IMG/VR virus record: IMGVR_UViG_2654587972_000002
From: an uncultured virus (IMG/VR IMGVR_UViG_2654587972_000002)
Taxonomy: Duplodnaviria > Heunggongvirae > Uroviricota > Caudoviricetes
Length of the DNA: 64,000 nucleotides
Reading direction: 5' to 3' (one strand)
Below the pieces are notes generated by a model that ran no database searches, was not told the DNA's origin, and was given only the letters and a program-made list of their open reading frames with translations. Shown here in pieces: positions 53,839 through 64,000 of this stretch. Numbering within the stretch: the stretch's first letter is position 1; each line of letters begins with the position of its first letter. Position numbers and translations under genes: made by a program.

Positions 53839-55600
53839 TTCTCACACTAAAAAGTTAATAGAAAATATTGTAAAAGAAGTTCTAGCACCAGCAGAAGATT
53901 TAACAGTTGCTGAATGGGCTGATAAATATAGAATTTTATCAAGAGAAAGTGCAGCAGAAGCTGGTAAATGGGATACAAATAGAACTCCATATATGAAAGA
54001 AATTTTGATGTGTATTACAGACATAGAAACAAAAAAAATAACTATGATGTGTTCTGCACAAATAGGAAAAACAGAAATGTTGCTTAATGTATTAGGAAGA
54101 TATATGCATCTTGATCCTTGTCCTATTTTGTTTGTTCAACCAACAGTAGATGATGCAAAATCATTTTCTAAAGAAAGAGTTGAACCAATGATTAGAGATA
54201 CTACAATCTTAAAAAAATTAATAAGTAAAACGAATAGAAGAGAAGAAGGTACTGTCCAGGAAAAAATGTTTCCAGGTGGTTATGTAAGATTTGTTGGAGC
54301 TAATTCACCATCAGGATTAGCAAGTAGACCAATACGAATAACTTTACTTGATGAAATAGATAGATTTCCACTTTCAGCAAGAAAAGAAGGAGATCCTGTA
54401 AAACTTGCAGAACGGAGAACAAATAACTTTTATGACAGTAAAAATATAAGAGTATCCACTCCAACAGATGATGCAACTTCTAAAATTCAATTATTATATT
54501 TAGCAAGTTCGCAAGAAGAATGGTGTTTACCTTGTCCATTTTGTGGAGAATATCAACCATTAGATTTTGAACAAATGAAATATTTGGATTTGGAAGAGCC
54601 TGAACTTGAATGTAAATTCTGTGGACATAGCTCACAAGAAAAAGAATGGAAAAGTAAAAGACAACTTAATGGAAAATGGATAGCAAAATTTCCAGTTGAA
54701 AAAGAACATAGAGGATTTCATTTAAATGCTTTAGCTTCTCCTTGGGTAACTTGGAAAGAAATTGTTAAAGAATTTCTTGAAGTAAAAGATGATGATTTTC
54801 AATACAGAACTTTTATGAATACTGTATTGGGAAAAACATTCTCAGTTAATTTGGAAGCTGCAATGGATTATGAGGCTATCTATGAAACAAGAGAAGATTA
54901 TGGAGCTGAACTACATGATGATGTGGTTATATTAACAGCAGGTGTCGATGTTCAAGATAACAGACTTGAAGTTGAAGTAGTTGGTTGGGGTTATGAATAT
55001 GAAAGTTATGGAATAATGTACAGGGATTTTCCAGGAGATCCTGGTAAAGAAGAAGTATGGCAACAATTAGATACATTTTTAAAAAAGAAATTTTATTTTA
55101 AAAATAAGAAATATCTAATGATTGCTGCAACTCTTATAGACTCTGGTGGACACCATACAGGAAGTGTTTATAAATATGTTTATAAAAAAGAAAAAAGAGG
55201 AATTTATGCAATTAAAGGTCAAGGAGCTTGGGGAGTTAATATTCTGAATGGATTTAGAAAAACTACTAAAAAAGGAGCTCCACAAATTAATTTGCTTAGT
55301 TTAGGAGTTAATGCTTTAAAAGATTTGACATATTCCAGACTTTCAATTTTAGAGGGAGCAGGAAAGTGTCATTTTCCAAAAGCAAGTACACAAGGTTATG
55401 GAATAGATTATTTCAAAGGCTTAACTGCTGAAGTAAAAGTAAAAAAATCTACTCCAAAAGGTATGAAAATAGCTTGGGAAATACTTGATGGAAGAAGAAA
55501 TGAACCACTAGATTTAAGAAATTACAATACAGCTGCAATTGAGTTAATTCCAATAGATTTACATGATAAAAAATACAATAGAAAAGGAGTAAGAAAATGA
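53831..55600 (+). CDS. terminase large subunit, lambda GpA family
   Basis: RTPY, SAQIGKT, LDEIDR, STPT, AGVDVQ, RNEPLDL. Confidence 0.93.
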   Translation: MVSSHTKKLIENIVKEVLAPAEDLTVAEWADKYRILSRESAAEAGKWDTNRTPYMKEILMCITDIETKKITMMCSAQIGKTEMLLNVLGRYMHLDPCPILFVQPTVDDAKSFSKERVEPMIRDTTILKKLISKTNRREEGTVQEKMFPGGYVRFVGANSPSGLASRPIRITLLDEIDRFPLSARKEGDPVKLAERRTNNFYDSKNIRVSTPTDDATSKIQLLYLASSQEEWCLPCPFCGEYQPLDFEQMKYLDLEEPELECKFCGHSSQEKEWKSKRQLNGKWIAKFPVEKEHRGFHLNALASPWVTWKEIVKEFLEVKDDDFQYRTFMNTVLGKTFSVNLEAAMDYEAIYETREDYGAELHDDVVILTAGVDVQDNRLEVEVVGWGYEYESYGIMYRDFPGDPGKEEVWQQLDTFLKKKFYFKNKKYLMIAATLIDSGGHHTGSVYKYVYKKEKRGIYAIKGQGAWGVNILNGFRKTTKKGAPQINLLSLGVNALKDLTYSRLSILEGAGKCHFPKASTQGYGIDYFKGLTAEVKVKKSTPKGMKIAWEILDGRRNEPLDLRNYNTAAIELIPIDLHDKKYNRKGVRK

Positions 55601-55815
55601 GTTTTACAGTAGAACAATGTCAAGCACATTTAGATGCTTGGTTAGAAGCTGACTTAGCTGTTTCAAAAGGACAAAGTTATACAATTGGGAAAAGGGTACT
55701 TACAAGAGTTAATGCAACAGAAATTGCAAAAAATATAAGAATTTGGGAAGACAGATTACAACAAGCAAAAAGAAGAAGTTCAGGACCTAGGACAATTCAA
55801 ATAATTCCAAGATAG
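55597..55815 (+). CDS. head completion protein (gpW-like)
   Basis: GQSYTIGKRVLTR; between terminase and portal. Confidence 0.75.
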   Translation: MSFTVEQCQAHLDAWLEADLAVSKGQSYTIGKRVLTRVNATEIAKNIRIWEDRLQQAKRRSSGPRTIQIIPR

Positions 55816-55823
55816 GAGGAAAT

Positions 55824-57377
55824 ATGAATATTTTAGATAAACTAATTGGTTATATTAGTCCTAGAAATGGTATTAATAGGCTAAAAGATAGAAAAATATA
55901 CAATCTTGCAAAAATAGAGCAAGGTTATTCAAATAAAGATGATCCTATTTTAGAAAATTGGAGAGTTTCCCCAAATAGTCCTGATGAAGATATTTTATAT
56001 AGTCTTGATGATTTGAGAGCAAAATCAAGAAATTTGTATATGAACAATGATCTCGCTGGAGCTGCTCTAAAAAAGATGAGAACAAAAACTGTTGGAAGTG
56101 GATTACTTCCTAAACCAACAATAAATTATACATATCTAGGTATAGATAGAGAAAAAGCAAAAGAATTAGAAAGAATTATAAAAAATAAGTTTAATGCCTG
56201 GGCTTTATCACCAAATTCAGATGCAAGTAGAATGTTTAGTTTTTATGGATTACAATCTTTACTTCAATTAAGTTGGGTAATGAATGGAGATGCCTTTGCA
56301 ATTCCATTAAGAAAAAAAAGAAAAGGTGTTGACATAGAATTATGTGTGCAATTACTTGAGGCTGATAGAGTTATGAATCCTCCTGGTGCAAATCTTCAAA
56401 CAAGAGCTGGAGTAGAATTTGATGAAAATGGAGAACTAAAAAATTATTATATAGCTACTTCTCATCCAGCAGATACTTTAAATTATTCTATAAAGGCTTA
56501 TCCAGCATTTAATAGCTTAGGAAGAAAAAATATTTTACATATTTTTGAGCCTGAAAGAATTGGACAAAGAAGAGGAGTTCCTATATTAGGACCAATTATA
56601 TTTTCATTAAAACAATTAGGTAGATATAAAAGTTCAGAGCTTACAGCAGCTGTAATTAATGCAATGATAGGTCTTATAGTGGAAAGTGAAAGTGCAGATG
56701 ATGAAGGATTTGCTGGAAATTTTGGAACACCTATGGATGAAGAAGATGAAAGAACAATTGAAAGCAGAAAAAGAAAAGAAGAAAAGATAACTTTAGATCA
56801 TGGAACTTTAGTTGTAGGGAAACCAGGAGAAAAAATAAAGGAATTTGCAACTAATAGACCAAACAAGCACTTTAAAGATTTTGTTGAAGCAATATGTGAA
56901 GAGATAGGTGCAAATTTAGAAATAAGTAAAGAAGTTCTAATGTCAAGTTTTAAAAATTCTTATAGTGCTGCAAAAGCATCACTAGAAGAAGCACATCAAA
57001 GATTCCAAGTTTCAAGAAAAATTTTAGAGAGAACTTTTTGTCAACCAATTTATGAAGAGTTCGTTTTAGAACTTATAAGAAACGGAGAAATAGATTGTCC
57101 TGGATTTTTTGAAGATGAGTCTATTCGTTATGCTTTTACTCGTTGTATTTGGGTTGGTGCAGGGAAATCATCATTAGACCCTTTAAAAGATGCAAATGCT
57201 AACTCAAAAGAATTAGAAAATTATACAACAAGTAGAAGTATTATATCTGCTACAAGTGGATATGATTATGAAGAAATCTTTAGAGAAAGAGCTGAAGAAG
57301 AAAAGGAATTAGCTCTTCTTGAAAGAGAATTAAAAATCATTCGTAAGGGGGTGAAAGAAAATGGAAAGAACTCATAA
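55824..57377 (+). CDS. portal protein, lambda family
   Basis: LRAKSRNL, GQRRGVP, SYSAAK, LDPLKD. Confidence 0.92.
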   Translation: MNILDKLIGYISPRNGINRLKDRKIYNLAKIEQGYSNKDDPILENWRVSPNSPDEDILYSLDDLRAKSRNLYMNNDLAGAALKKMRTKTVGSGLLPKPTINYTYLGIDREKAKELERIIKNKFNAWALSPNSDASRMFSFYGLQSLLQLSWVMNGDAFAIPLRKKRKGVDIELCVQLLEADRVMNPPGANLQTRAGVEFDENGELKNYYIATSHPADTLNYSIKAYPAFNSLGRKNILHIFEPERIGQRRGVPILGPIIFSLKQLGRYKSSELTAAVINAMIGLIVESESADDEGFAGNFGTPMDEEDERTIESRKRKEEKITLDHGTLVVGKPGEKIKEFATNRPNKHFKDFVEAICEEIGANLEISKEVLMSSFKNSYSAAKASLEEAHQRFQVSRKILERTFCQPIYEEFVLELIRNGEIDCPGFFEDESIRYAFTRCIWVGAGKSSLDPLKDANANSKELENYTTSRSIISATSGYDYEEIFRERAEEEKELALLERELKIIRKGVKENGKNS

Positions 57378-58473
57378 AAATAATTTCTTTGAAATAAAAA
57401 ATCTGAATGAAAATACTGCTGAAATTAGAATATATGGAACTATTACAAAATGGGCTTGGGAAGAATATGGAGAAGTTAGTTCAGCTAATTTTGCCAAAGA
57501 GTTACAAAAATTAAAAAATGTTTCTCATATAAATTTAAGAGTTAATTCTCCTGGTGGAGATGTCTTTGAAGCTAGTGCAATTTATAATCTTTTAAAAGAT
57601 TATGCAAAAGTAAATAATATTGAAATTACAGGATATATAGATGGTTTAGCTGCAAGTGCAGCAAGTTTTTTAGTTTTATGTGCTACTAAGGTAATTATGG
57701 GAACTGGAGCATTGTATATGATACATAATCCTTTGACCTCTGCCTATGGAAATGCTGAAAAATTAAAAAAACAAATAGAACTATTAGATACAGTAAAGGA
57801 AGCTATTCTAGATATCTATTGTAGTAAATCAAAATTAAGTAGAGAAGAAATATCTGAAAAGATGAATGGTGAAAAGTGGTATCGTGCTAGCGAAGCACTT
57901 GAAGCTGGTTTCGTTGATGAAATTACTGAAAATGATAATTCATTAGAAAATATTAAGAATATCTCAAATGAATTACACATTGAAAACTTTATAAATCAAG
58001 ATTTATTAAAAGAAAAATTAAGAGAAATTGAAAATATAAAAAAAATAGGAGGAAAAAATATGGAAAAAACTATACAAGAATTAATTAATGAACATCCAAA
58101 ATTAATGAATGATTATAAAAATCAAATCATTAATGAAATTGGAAATAGTGAAAAGGAGAAGATAGAAGCTGCAATAAAATCTGAAAGAGAGAGAATAAAG
58201 GAACTTGATAAAATCCCAACTTTAAATGATAAGCAAAAAGAAATTATCAATAAGGCAAAATTTGAAGATCCAAGAGAACCAAAAGATATTATGGCAGAAT
58301 TTTTTATCTCAAATGCAAATAAAGCAGATCAAGAAATCCAGGCAGCTAAAGATGACATATTAAAAGCAGGATTAGATAGAATAATTCCTTCTAATTCAGA
58401 TATGGGTGATAATTCGGTAGAAGATGAAATATATAAAGCAGCATTAAATGCATACAATGATGAAGAAAAATAG
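57361..58473 (+). CDS. ClpP-like head maturation protease with C-terminal scaffold region
   Basis: NSPGGDV, GLAASAAS, MIHNP; internal RBS/ATG 58060. Confidence 0.9.
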   Translation: MERTHKNNFFEIKNLNENTAEIRIYGTITKWAWEEYGEVSSANFAKELQKLKNVSHINLRVNSPGGDVFEASAIYNLLKDYAKVNNIEITGYIDGLAASAASFLVLCATKVIMGTGALYMIHNPLTSAYGNAEKLKKQIELLDTVKEAILDIYCSKSKLSREEISEKMNGEKWYRASEALEAGFVDEITENDNSLENIKNISNELHIENFINQDLLKEKLREIENIKKIGGKNMEKTIQELINEHPKLMNDYKNQIINEIGNSEKEKIEAAIKSERERIKELDKIPTLNDKQKEIINKAKFEDPREPKDIMAEFFISNANKADQEIQAAKDDILKAGLDRIIPSNSDMGDNSVEDEIYKAALNAYNDEEK

Positions 58474-58482
58474 GAGGTAAAA

Positions 58483-58797
58483 ATGAAAAATAAAATTTAT
58501 TCAGCAACTGATGTAAGAATATTTCAAGGAAGTTTTCCTGTTGAAACTATAAATCAAACATTAAAGACAAAAGTAGAAGCTGGTGATGTTATTGCATTAG
58601 ACAATTCAAAGAATTTTGGGAAATATGATGGAACAACATACACGAGTGTTTATGGAGTTTCTTATGAAACTATAGAACAACCTGGTGATGTTACTGTAAT
58701 TTTAACAGGTGGTCTTGTAAAAGACTTTGTTAAATTTAATAACAAAGAAAAAGAATTAACAATTGAACTTAGAAAATTAGGAATATTTGTAAAATAG
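58483..58797 (+). CDS. head decoration protein
   Basis: position; C-terminal LRKLGIF. Confidence 0.7.
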   Translation: MKNKIYSATDVRIFQGSFPVETINQTLKTKVEAGDVIALDNSKNFGKYDGTTYTSVYGVSYETIEQPGDVTVILTGGLVKDFVKFNNKEKELTIELRKLGIFVK

Positions 58798-58808
58798 GGG
58801 GAATGTAA

Positions 58809-59816
58809 ATGTTAGGATTATATACACCAAAAACAATAAGAAAAGTTAGAGAAAATGTAGAAGTAAAAAGAAATTTTTTAACAGAATTATTTTTTAAAAA
58901 AGGTTCAACAGTTCCAACTGAAGAAATAATTTTAGAATATACAAAAGCTGGGGAAGCAGTCGCACCATATTTGACACCTTTAGAAGCAGGTAGACCTGTA
59001 TATTCAAGAAGTAAAAAGTCAAATGTAATTATAGCTCCTTCAATAGGACCTGAATACTCATTAACACCAAAAGATATGTTTATAAGAGAAGCTGGTCAAC
59101 CTATTGAAAATTACAACCCAGCAAAAATGGTTGGTGAAAAAATTGGAAGAGTTTTATTAGACCAAGAAAATTATATTACTAACAAAATTGAATTAATGGT
59201 TTCACAATTTTTAACAACTGGAATTGTTAAATCAGGAGATAAAGAAGCAGAGTATGAAGTCAACTATGAACTTGGAAATAAAATCACATTAGATAGCACA
59301 CATAAATGGGGTGCTGCTGGAGTAGAACCTTTATTCAGTTTAGAAGAAATGATTAAAAAGGGTGAAGAAAATGGTTTAAAAACTGAAAATATAATTTTAG
59401 GTTCAAAAGCAGCTCAACTACTAAGAAAATCAGAAGAATTTAAAAAAGCTATTTCAAAGGATTTACAAAATGAATTTGTAAAAAAAGTTTTAAGAATTCA
59501 TCCTGGTGTCATTTGGTTAGGAACATATACAACATATGGTGTAGAGCTATTTTCTTACAGTAGAAAAGTAATAGGTGCTGATGGAAAACCAATACAATTA
59601 ATGCCAACAAATATGGTTGTAGGTGGAGCTTCACAAGGAGAAATTTTATATGCTCCTATTGTCTTTATGTCTGAAGGAATTATTCATATGGCAAAAAGAT
59701 ATTCAAATTTAGATACAACAAATCCAAAAGTTGCAAAAATTACTACAGAGTCGAGACCAGTATTACAACCTTGTGATGTGGATACTTACTTTTCTTATGT
59801 GGTATGTGATGAATAA
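58809..59816 (+). CDS. major capsid protein (lambda E family)
   Basis: 335 aa; TESRPVLQP C-terminus; position. Confidence 0.85.
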   Translation: MLGLYTPKTIRKVRENVEVKRNFLTELFFKKGSTVPTEEIILEYTKAGEAVAPYLTPLEAGRPVYSRSKKSNVIIAPSIGPEYSLTPKDMFIREAGQPIENYNPAKMVGEKIGRVLLDQENYITNKIELMVSQFLTTGIVKSGDKEAEYEVNYELGNKITLDSTHKWGAAGVEPLFSLEEMIKKGEENGLKTENIILGSKAAQLLRKSEEFKKAISKDLQNEFVKKVLRIHPGVIWLGTYTTYGVELFSYSRKVIGADGKPIQLMPTNMVVGGASQGEILYAPIVFMSEGIIHMAKRYSNLDTTNPKVAKITTESRPVLQPCDVDTYFSYVVCDE

Positions 59817-59817
59817 T

Positions 59818-59841
59818 AGATAGAGAGCTTATGCTCTCTAT
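59818..59841 (+). terminator. hairpin after capsid gene
   Basis: GATAGAGAGC-TTAT-GCTCTCTATC. Confidence 0.55.
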
Positions 59842-59862
59842 CAAACAAAATTAGGAGAATAT

Positions 59863-60099
59863 ATGAAAATAAAATTTGAAAGAATGTATGGAGAACATAA
59901 AATAGGGGATATTGCTGAATTTGAAAAAGGTGAAGAATTAAATTATATTCTAGCAACAAAAACAGCATTAGTTATGGAAGATGATGATTTCGGGAATACC
60001 GAAATAGAAAATAATAAAAATGAAGAAACAGAAGAAATGGAAGATAATTTAGAAGAAGCTAATGAAATAGGAAAAAATGGAAAAAATAAGAAGAAATAA
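59863..60099 (+). CDS. small acidic protein (gpFI-like position)
   Basis: follows capsid. Confidence 0.5.
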   Translation: MKIKFERMYGEHKIGDIAEFEKGEELNYILATKTALVMEDDDFGNTEIENNKNEETEEMEDNLEEANEIGKNGKNKKK

Positions 60100-60110
60100 A
60101 GGATCTAAAA

Positions 60111-60425
60111 ATGAACTTTAAAGAGCAACTAAAAGAAGATATAAAAATTTTTCTAAATTTAGATGAATTTGGAGAAGAAATAACTATTCAAAATAAAAAA
60201 TATATTGGAGTTATGGAAAGACCTGATAATGAAAGCAATAAAAAAGAATATGAAGGAATTTCTAAAGAAATAGACTATATACTTTACTTAGAATATGAGG
60301 AAGAGTTAGAAAAATATATATCTGGAAAACAAATAGATGTAAATAATGGAACATTTGAAGTTTATAGATCGTATAAAGAAGAAAGCTTATTTATTATAGA
60401 ACTTCAAGAAAGGATAGGAATTTAA
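60111..60425 (+). CDS. head-tail joining protein
   Basis: IFLNLDEFGE motif. Confidence 0.6.
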   Translation: MNFKEQLKEDIKIFLNLDEFGEEITIQNKKYIGVMERPDNESNKKEYEGISKEIDYILYLEYEEELEKYISGKQIDVNNGTFEVYRSYKEESLFIIELQERIGI

Positions 60426-60991
60426 TGCAACATTTTTTGGAAGTAAAAAATTTGGAATTGGCTCAAAATATGTTGAAAACTATTCCTAATGGAATTGAAA
60501 GAGCTATCACTGGAACTATTAATAGAACTCTTAGTAAAGTAAAAACTGAAATAAAAAATAAAGCAACTTCTGAATACAACATAAAAAAGAGTGATATTGA
60601 AAGTAAATTAAATTTAACAAAAGCTACTTTTTCTATATTGAGAGGAACAATAAGTGCTAAAACACCAAGATTAGCACTATCTAAATTTTTAACTTCTCAA
60701 TCTAAAAATAAAATAAAAGTAAAAGTAAAAAAGAGTGAGAGTTCTAAAATAGTAAAAGGAAAGAATGAATATGCTGGGAAGCCTTTTATTGCCACTATGA
60801 AAAACGGACATAAAGGGATATTTCAAAGAAAAAATAGTGAAAAATTTCCAATTAAACAATTATATACAATAGGAATTTCTGAAATGTTAGGATCTGAAAA
60901 TGTTTCAAGTTATGCAGTTGAGAAAGGTGAAAAATATTTGGATGAACTTTTATTAAAGGAAGTTGAAAGAATATTGAAAGGATATATTTAA
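60425..60991 (+). CDS. minor tail protein Z-like
   Basis: basic; FIATMKNGHKGIFQR. Confidence 0.75.
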   Translation: MQHFLEVKNLELAQNMLKTIPNGIERAITGTINRTLSKVKTEIKNKATSEYNIKKSDIESKLNLTKATFSILRGTISAKTPRLALSKFLTSQSKNKIKVKVKKSESSKIVKGKNEYAGKPFIATMKNGHKGIFQRKNSEKFPIKQLYTIGISEMLGSENVSSYAVEKGEKYLDELLLKEVERILKGYI

Positions 60992-61461
60992 TGATAAATA
61001 TTAAGAATTTAGAAGAGAGTATAAAAAAGTTAATACTTCCAATTGTAAGCGAAAAGAAATACAAAGCATATAAAAGTGAGGAGTTAAAAGAATTAAAAAT
61101 ATATACTGGTTTACTTCCACCCGATCCAGAAGAAACCATACTTCCAGCAATAACGATAAGAACAAAAAAAATTAAGAATTCGTTAGAGAAAAAGGTATTA
61201 ACTATAATAATATCTACAGGTATTTTTGACAAAGATGTTGAAAAAGGATATGAAGAAATCTCCGAATTAACTCAAAAGATATTTGATGAAATTCAAAAAA
61301 TTGGAATAATTGATGATAAATTTGAAATTCTTCCTGAAGCTGAATGGGAATTTCCAGAGGAACAACCAATTCCATTTTATGTAAGTTTTATTTATATAAA
61401 TATTGTATATGAAAAAGATTATAGAACAGATTGTGATAATTGGATTAATGGAGGTGATTGA
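60991..61461 (+). CDS. tail terminator-like protein
   Basis: position; GLLPP..PAITIR. Confidence 0.5.
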   Translation: MINIKNLEESIKKLILPIVSEKKYKAYKSEELKELKIYTGLLPPDPEETILPAITIRTKKIKNSLEKKVLTIIISTGIFDKDVEKGYEEISELTQKIFDEIQKIGIIDDKFEILPEAEWEFPEEQPIPFYVSFIYINIVYEKDYRTDCDNWINGGD

Positions 61462-61462
61462 A

Positions 61463-61813
61463 TTGGCTAAGCCTGTTCAAAAAAATGAAGAAGATATAAA
61501 AAATGAAATAACTGAGGAAGTAAATAATGAAATAATAGAAGAAGGAAATAATGAAATAAAGGAAGAAAAGAAAGTAGAAGAAAATTTACAAAAAATATAT
61601 ATTGGTCCAACAATAGCTGCTTTCTCTTTACAAGAAAATTCAATTTTTGTAAATGAATATCCATTTAATGTGCAAGAAGCAATTAAAAAATATCCACTTA
61701 CAGAAAAATTATTTATAAATGTAGAAGATTTAAAATCAAGAAATAATGAGTATTATAGAACACTTTATAATACTTTAAATAATGAATTAAGGGGGAATAT
61801 AAATGGCATTTAA
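61463..61813 (+). CDS. hypothetical protein
   Basis: GGAGGTGA RBS, TTG start; IYIGPT motif. Confidence 0.55.
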   Translation: MAKPVQKNEEDIKNEITEEVNNEIIEEGNNEIKEEKKVEENLQKIYIGPTIAAFSLQENSIFVNEYPFNVQEAIKKYPLTEKLFINVEDLKSRNNEYYRTLYNTLNNELRGNINGI

Positions 61814-63203
61814 TCATGGTATTACAGCAACTGAAACTCCTACAAAACTAATTGCAGCAGTTAGTGATAGTATAACTCCAGTATATGTAGGAACTGCTCC
61901 AATAAACTTATGTAAAACAAGAAACATAAATGAACCTATTTTATGTAGTTCTTATGCAGAAGCAGTAGAAAATTTTGGATTTTCAGAAGATTTTGAAAAA
62001 TATACATTATGTGAAGCAATTGATGTTCATTTCTCAAAATTTAACATAGGTCCAATTATTTTAATAAATGTTGTAGATACAACAAAGCATACAAAAGAAG
62101 TAGCAAATAAAACAATCAATTTTGTAGATGGAAAATACTTGATAGAAGATATTGGAGTTTTACCTGAAACTGTTGTTATAACTACATCATTTGAACATAC
62201 AAAAAATTTTAATGACAAAGGGCAACTAGTTTTAATTCCAAATGAAACAAAGACAGACCCTATTGAAGTAAAATACACCATGCTTGATTTAGAAAAAGTA
62301 AAAGAAACAGATATTATTGGTGGAATAGATGGAGCAACTGGAAAGAAAAAGGGGTTAGAAGCAATTGCTGAAGTTTTTCCTAAATATAGAAAGGTTCCTA
62401 GCTTAATTTTAGCTCCAAAATATTCTGCTAGTTCAACTGTTGCAGCTGTAATTGAAGCAAAAGCAAGAAAGATAAATGGTCATTTTCAAGGTCTTGGACT
62501 TGTAGATTTAGACACATCAAAAATTAAGAAATATGGAGATACTGTTGCAAATAAAAATACAAATAATATCTCATCTACTTTTTTAGATGTAAGTTGGCCA
62601 AAAATTTCTTTAGGAAAACAACAATATCATATTTCTACTCAAAAAGCAGCACTAATTCAAATGCTAGCTAAAGATAATGAAGATATTCCATATAAATCAC
62701 CTTCAAACAAAAATATAAAAGGGGATGGAGCAATTCTTCTTGATGGGACTCCTATAAGATTAGGACTTGATGAAGCTAACTACTTAAATAGTCAAGGAAT
62801 TTCTACTATTATAAATTGGATTGGTGGTTGGAGATTTTGGGGAAATAGAACATCTTGTTATCCAGCAATATCAGATCCTAAAGATTCATTTATAGTAAGT
62901 AGAATGATGTTTAACTGGGTTATTAATTCTCTTGTATTAACATATTGGCAAAAAATTGATGAACCAACAAACAAAGTATTAATAGAAACAGTTACAGATA
63001 GCATCAATATTTGGTTAAATGGTCTTGTATCAGCTGGGAAATTAATAGGTGCTAGAGTTGAATTTAGAAGAGAAGACAACCCACAAACTAGTTTAATTGA
63101 TGGAAAAATCAAATTTAAGTTATATTATACACCAGCTCTTCCAGCTGAAGAAATTAAATTTGATTTAGAAATTGATGTTAAATATTATGAAAAATTATTT
63201 TAG
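61803..63203 (+). CDS. tail sheath protein
   Basis: HGI..E, SPSNK, ANYLNSQGI, GWRFWGNRT. Confidence 0.9.
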   Translation: MAFNHGITATETPTKLIAAVSDSITPVYVGTAPINLCKTRNINEPILCSSYAEAVENFGFSEDFEKYTLCEAIDVHFSKFNIGPIILINVVDTTKHTKEVANKTINFVDGKYLIEDIGVLPETVVITTSFEHTKNFNDKGQLVLIPNETKTDPIEVKYTMLDLEKVKETDIIGGIDGATGKKKGLEAIAEVFPKYRKVPSLILAPKYSASSTVAAVIEAKARKINGHFQGLGLVDLDTSKIKKYGDTVANKNTNNISSTFLDVSWPKISLGKQQYHISTQKAALIQMLAKDNEDIPYKSPSNKNIKGDGAILLDGTPIRLGLDEANYLNSQGISTIINWIGGWRFWGNRTSCYPAISDPKDSFIVSRMMFNWVINSLVLTYWQKIDEPTNKVLIETVTDSINIWLNGLVSAGKLIGARVEFRREDNPQTSLIDGKIKFKLYYTPALPAEEIKFDLEIDVKYYEKLF

Positions 63204-63212
63204 GAGGTAAAA

Positions 63213-63746
63213 ATGGCTAAAACAATAGGAATAATCCCTGAAAAGATAATAAATTATAAATGTTTTATAGATGGGGAAATGTCGCCAACAGCTTTAGTTG
63301 ATGTTGACTTACCAGATATACAATTTATGTCTGAAACAATTAGTGGAGCTGGGATAGCAGGAGAAATAGATTCACCAACATTAGGACATTTTTCAGCATT
63401 TGAAATTGGGATGAACTTTAGAACATTAATAAAAGAGAATTTTAAAACATTTTCTCAAAAAGTGTATGCTTTAGAGTTTAGAGCAGCAACTCAATCTACT
63501 GACATGAGTGGTGGTCAAATAAATAAAGGTAAATTAAAAATTTCTACAAGAGTAGTTCCAAAAAGTTTAGGATTAGGAAAATTAGAAGTTGGGAAACCTT
63601 CTGGTTCTAACCAAAAATTTGCATGTAACTACTTGAAAGTTGAAGTAGACAATGAAACAGTATTAGAAATAGACAAAATTAATATGATTTTCAATGTGAA
63701 TGGTGAAGATTTATTGGCAGAAGTTAGAGATGCAATAGGAATGTAG
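63213..63746 (+). CDS. tail tube protein (P2 FII-like)
   Basis: VDLPDI..ETISGAGIAGEID, EIDKINMI..VNGED. Confidence 0.88.
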   Translation: MAKTIGIIPEKIINYKCFIDGEMSPTALVDVDLPDIQFMSETISGAGIAGEIDSPTLGHFSAFEIGMNFRTLIKENFKTFSQKVYALEFRAATQSTDMSGGQINKGKLKISTRVVPKSLGLGKLEVGKPSGSNQKFACNYLKVEVDNETVLEIDKINMIFNVNGEDLLAEVRDAIGM

Positions 63747-63754
63747 GGGGGAAA

Positions 63755-64000
63755 ATGACAAAAATAAAGAATAAAATAAGATGTAAAAAGGATGATCAAG
63801 ATATTGAAATATCTGAAATAAATATAACAAGAGATATGCTTTGTCCAAAACATCTTTTAGAAGCAGAAAAAGAGTTTTTATTGATGGGTGGAATTTTTCC
63901 ACAAGGTGGAATGGAAGAATCAAAACATTATCTAACAATATTAGCAAGCAAAATATTAAATTGTTCTTATGATGATTTAGTTGAAAAACTCTCTGGAAAT
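63755..64000 (+). CDS. tail assembly chaperone (partial)
   Basis: ATG 63755, open to window end; follows tube. Confidence 0.6.
   Translation, partial: MTKIKNKIRCKKDDQDIEISEINITRDMLCPKHLLEAEKEFLLMGGIFPQGGMEESKHYLTILASKILNCSYDDLVEKLSGN

Larger units (their letters stand above)
36246..64000. mobile_element. Prophage 2: serine-integrase prophage with lambda-like head and contractile tail (right end outside window)
   Basis: junction in cobB, integrase, early/immunity region, GpA terminase, portal, ClpP, capsid, sheath, tube. Confidence 0.92.

Noticed and set aside
1..64000. CRISPR array or diversity-generating retroelement
   Set aside because: No regular repeat-spacer array, cas genes, reverse-transcriptase motifs or TR/VR pair seen; fibre variation is explained by inversion

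Overview
Very AT-rich DNA, most consistent with a Fusobacterium chromosome (inferred from composition and protein style). It holds two prophages separated by only about 1.27 kb of host sequence. Prophage 1 (<1..34977) is a Mu-like transposable phage: DDE transposase, MuB-like ATPase, DUF3164 and GemA-like genes, and a CA-3' right end with three spaced repeats. Its head module is PBSX-terminase/HK97-type and its tail is contractile. It carries two Dam-like methylases, a type I toxin-antitoxin-like moron, and an invertible two-tip tail-fibre segment (30548..31201, 17-bp inverted repeats) next to a tyrosine recombinase. It is inserted in a peptide ABC-transporter binding-protein gene. Prophage 2 (~36246..>64000) uses a large serine integrase, is inserted in host cobB, and carries its own complete, separately promoted cobB. 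Its leftward early region contains small antisense RNA candidates, an iteron origin, a duplicated regulatory switch and three conserved long RNA hairpins bracketing cargo genes. Its rightward arm encodes a lambda-like head and a contractile tail. All family assignments come from motifs read by eye; no database search was run.
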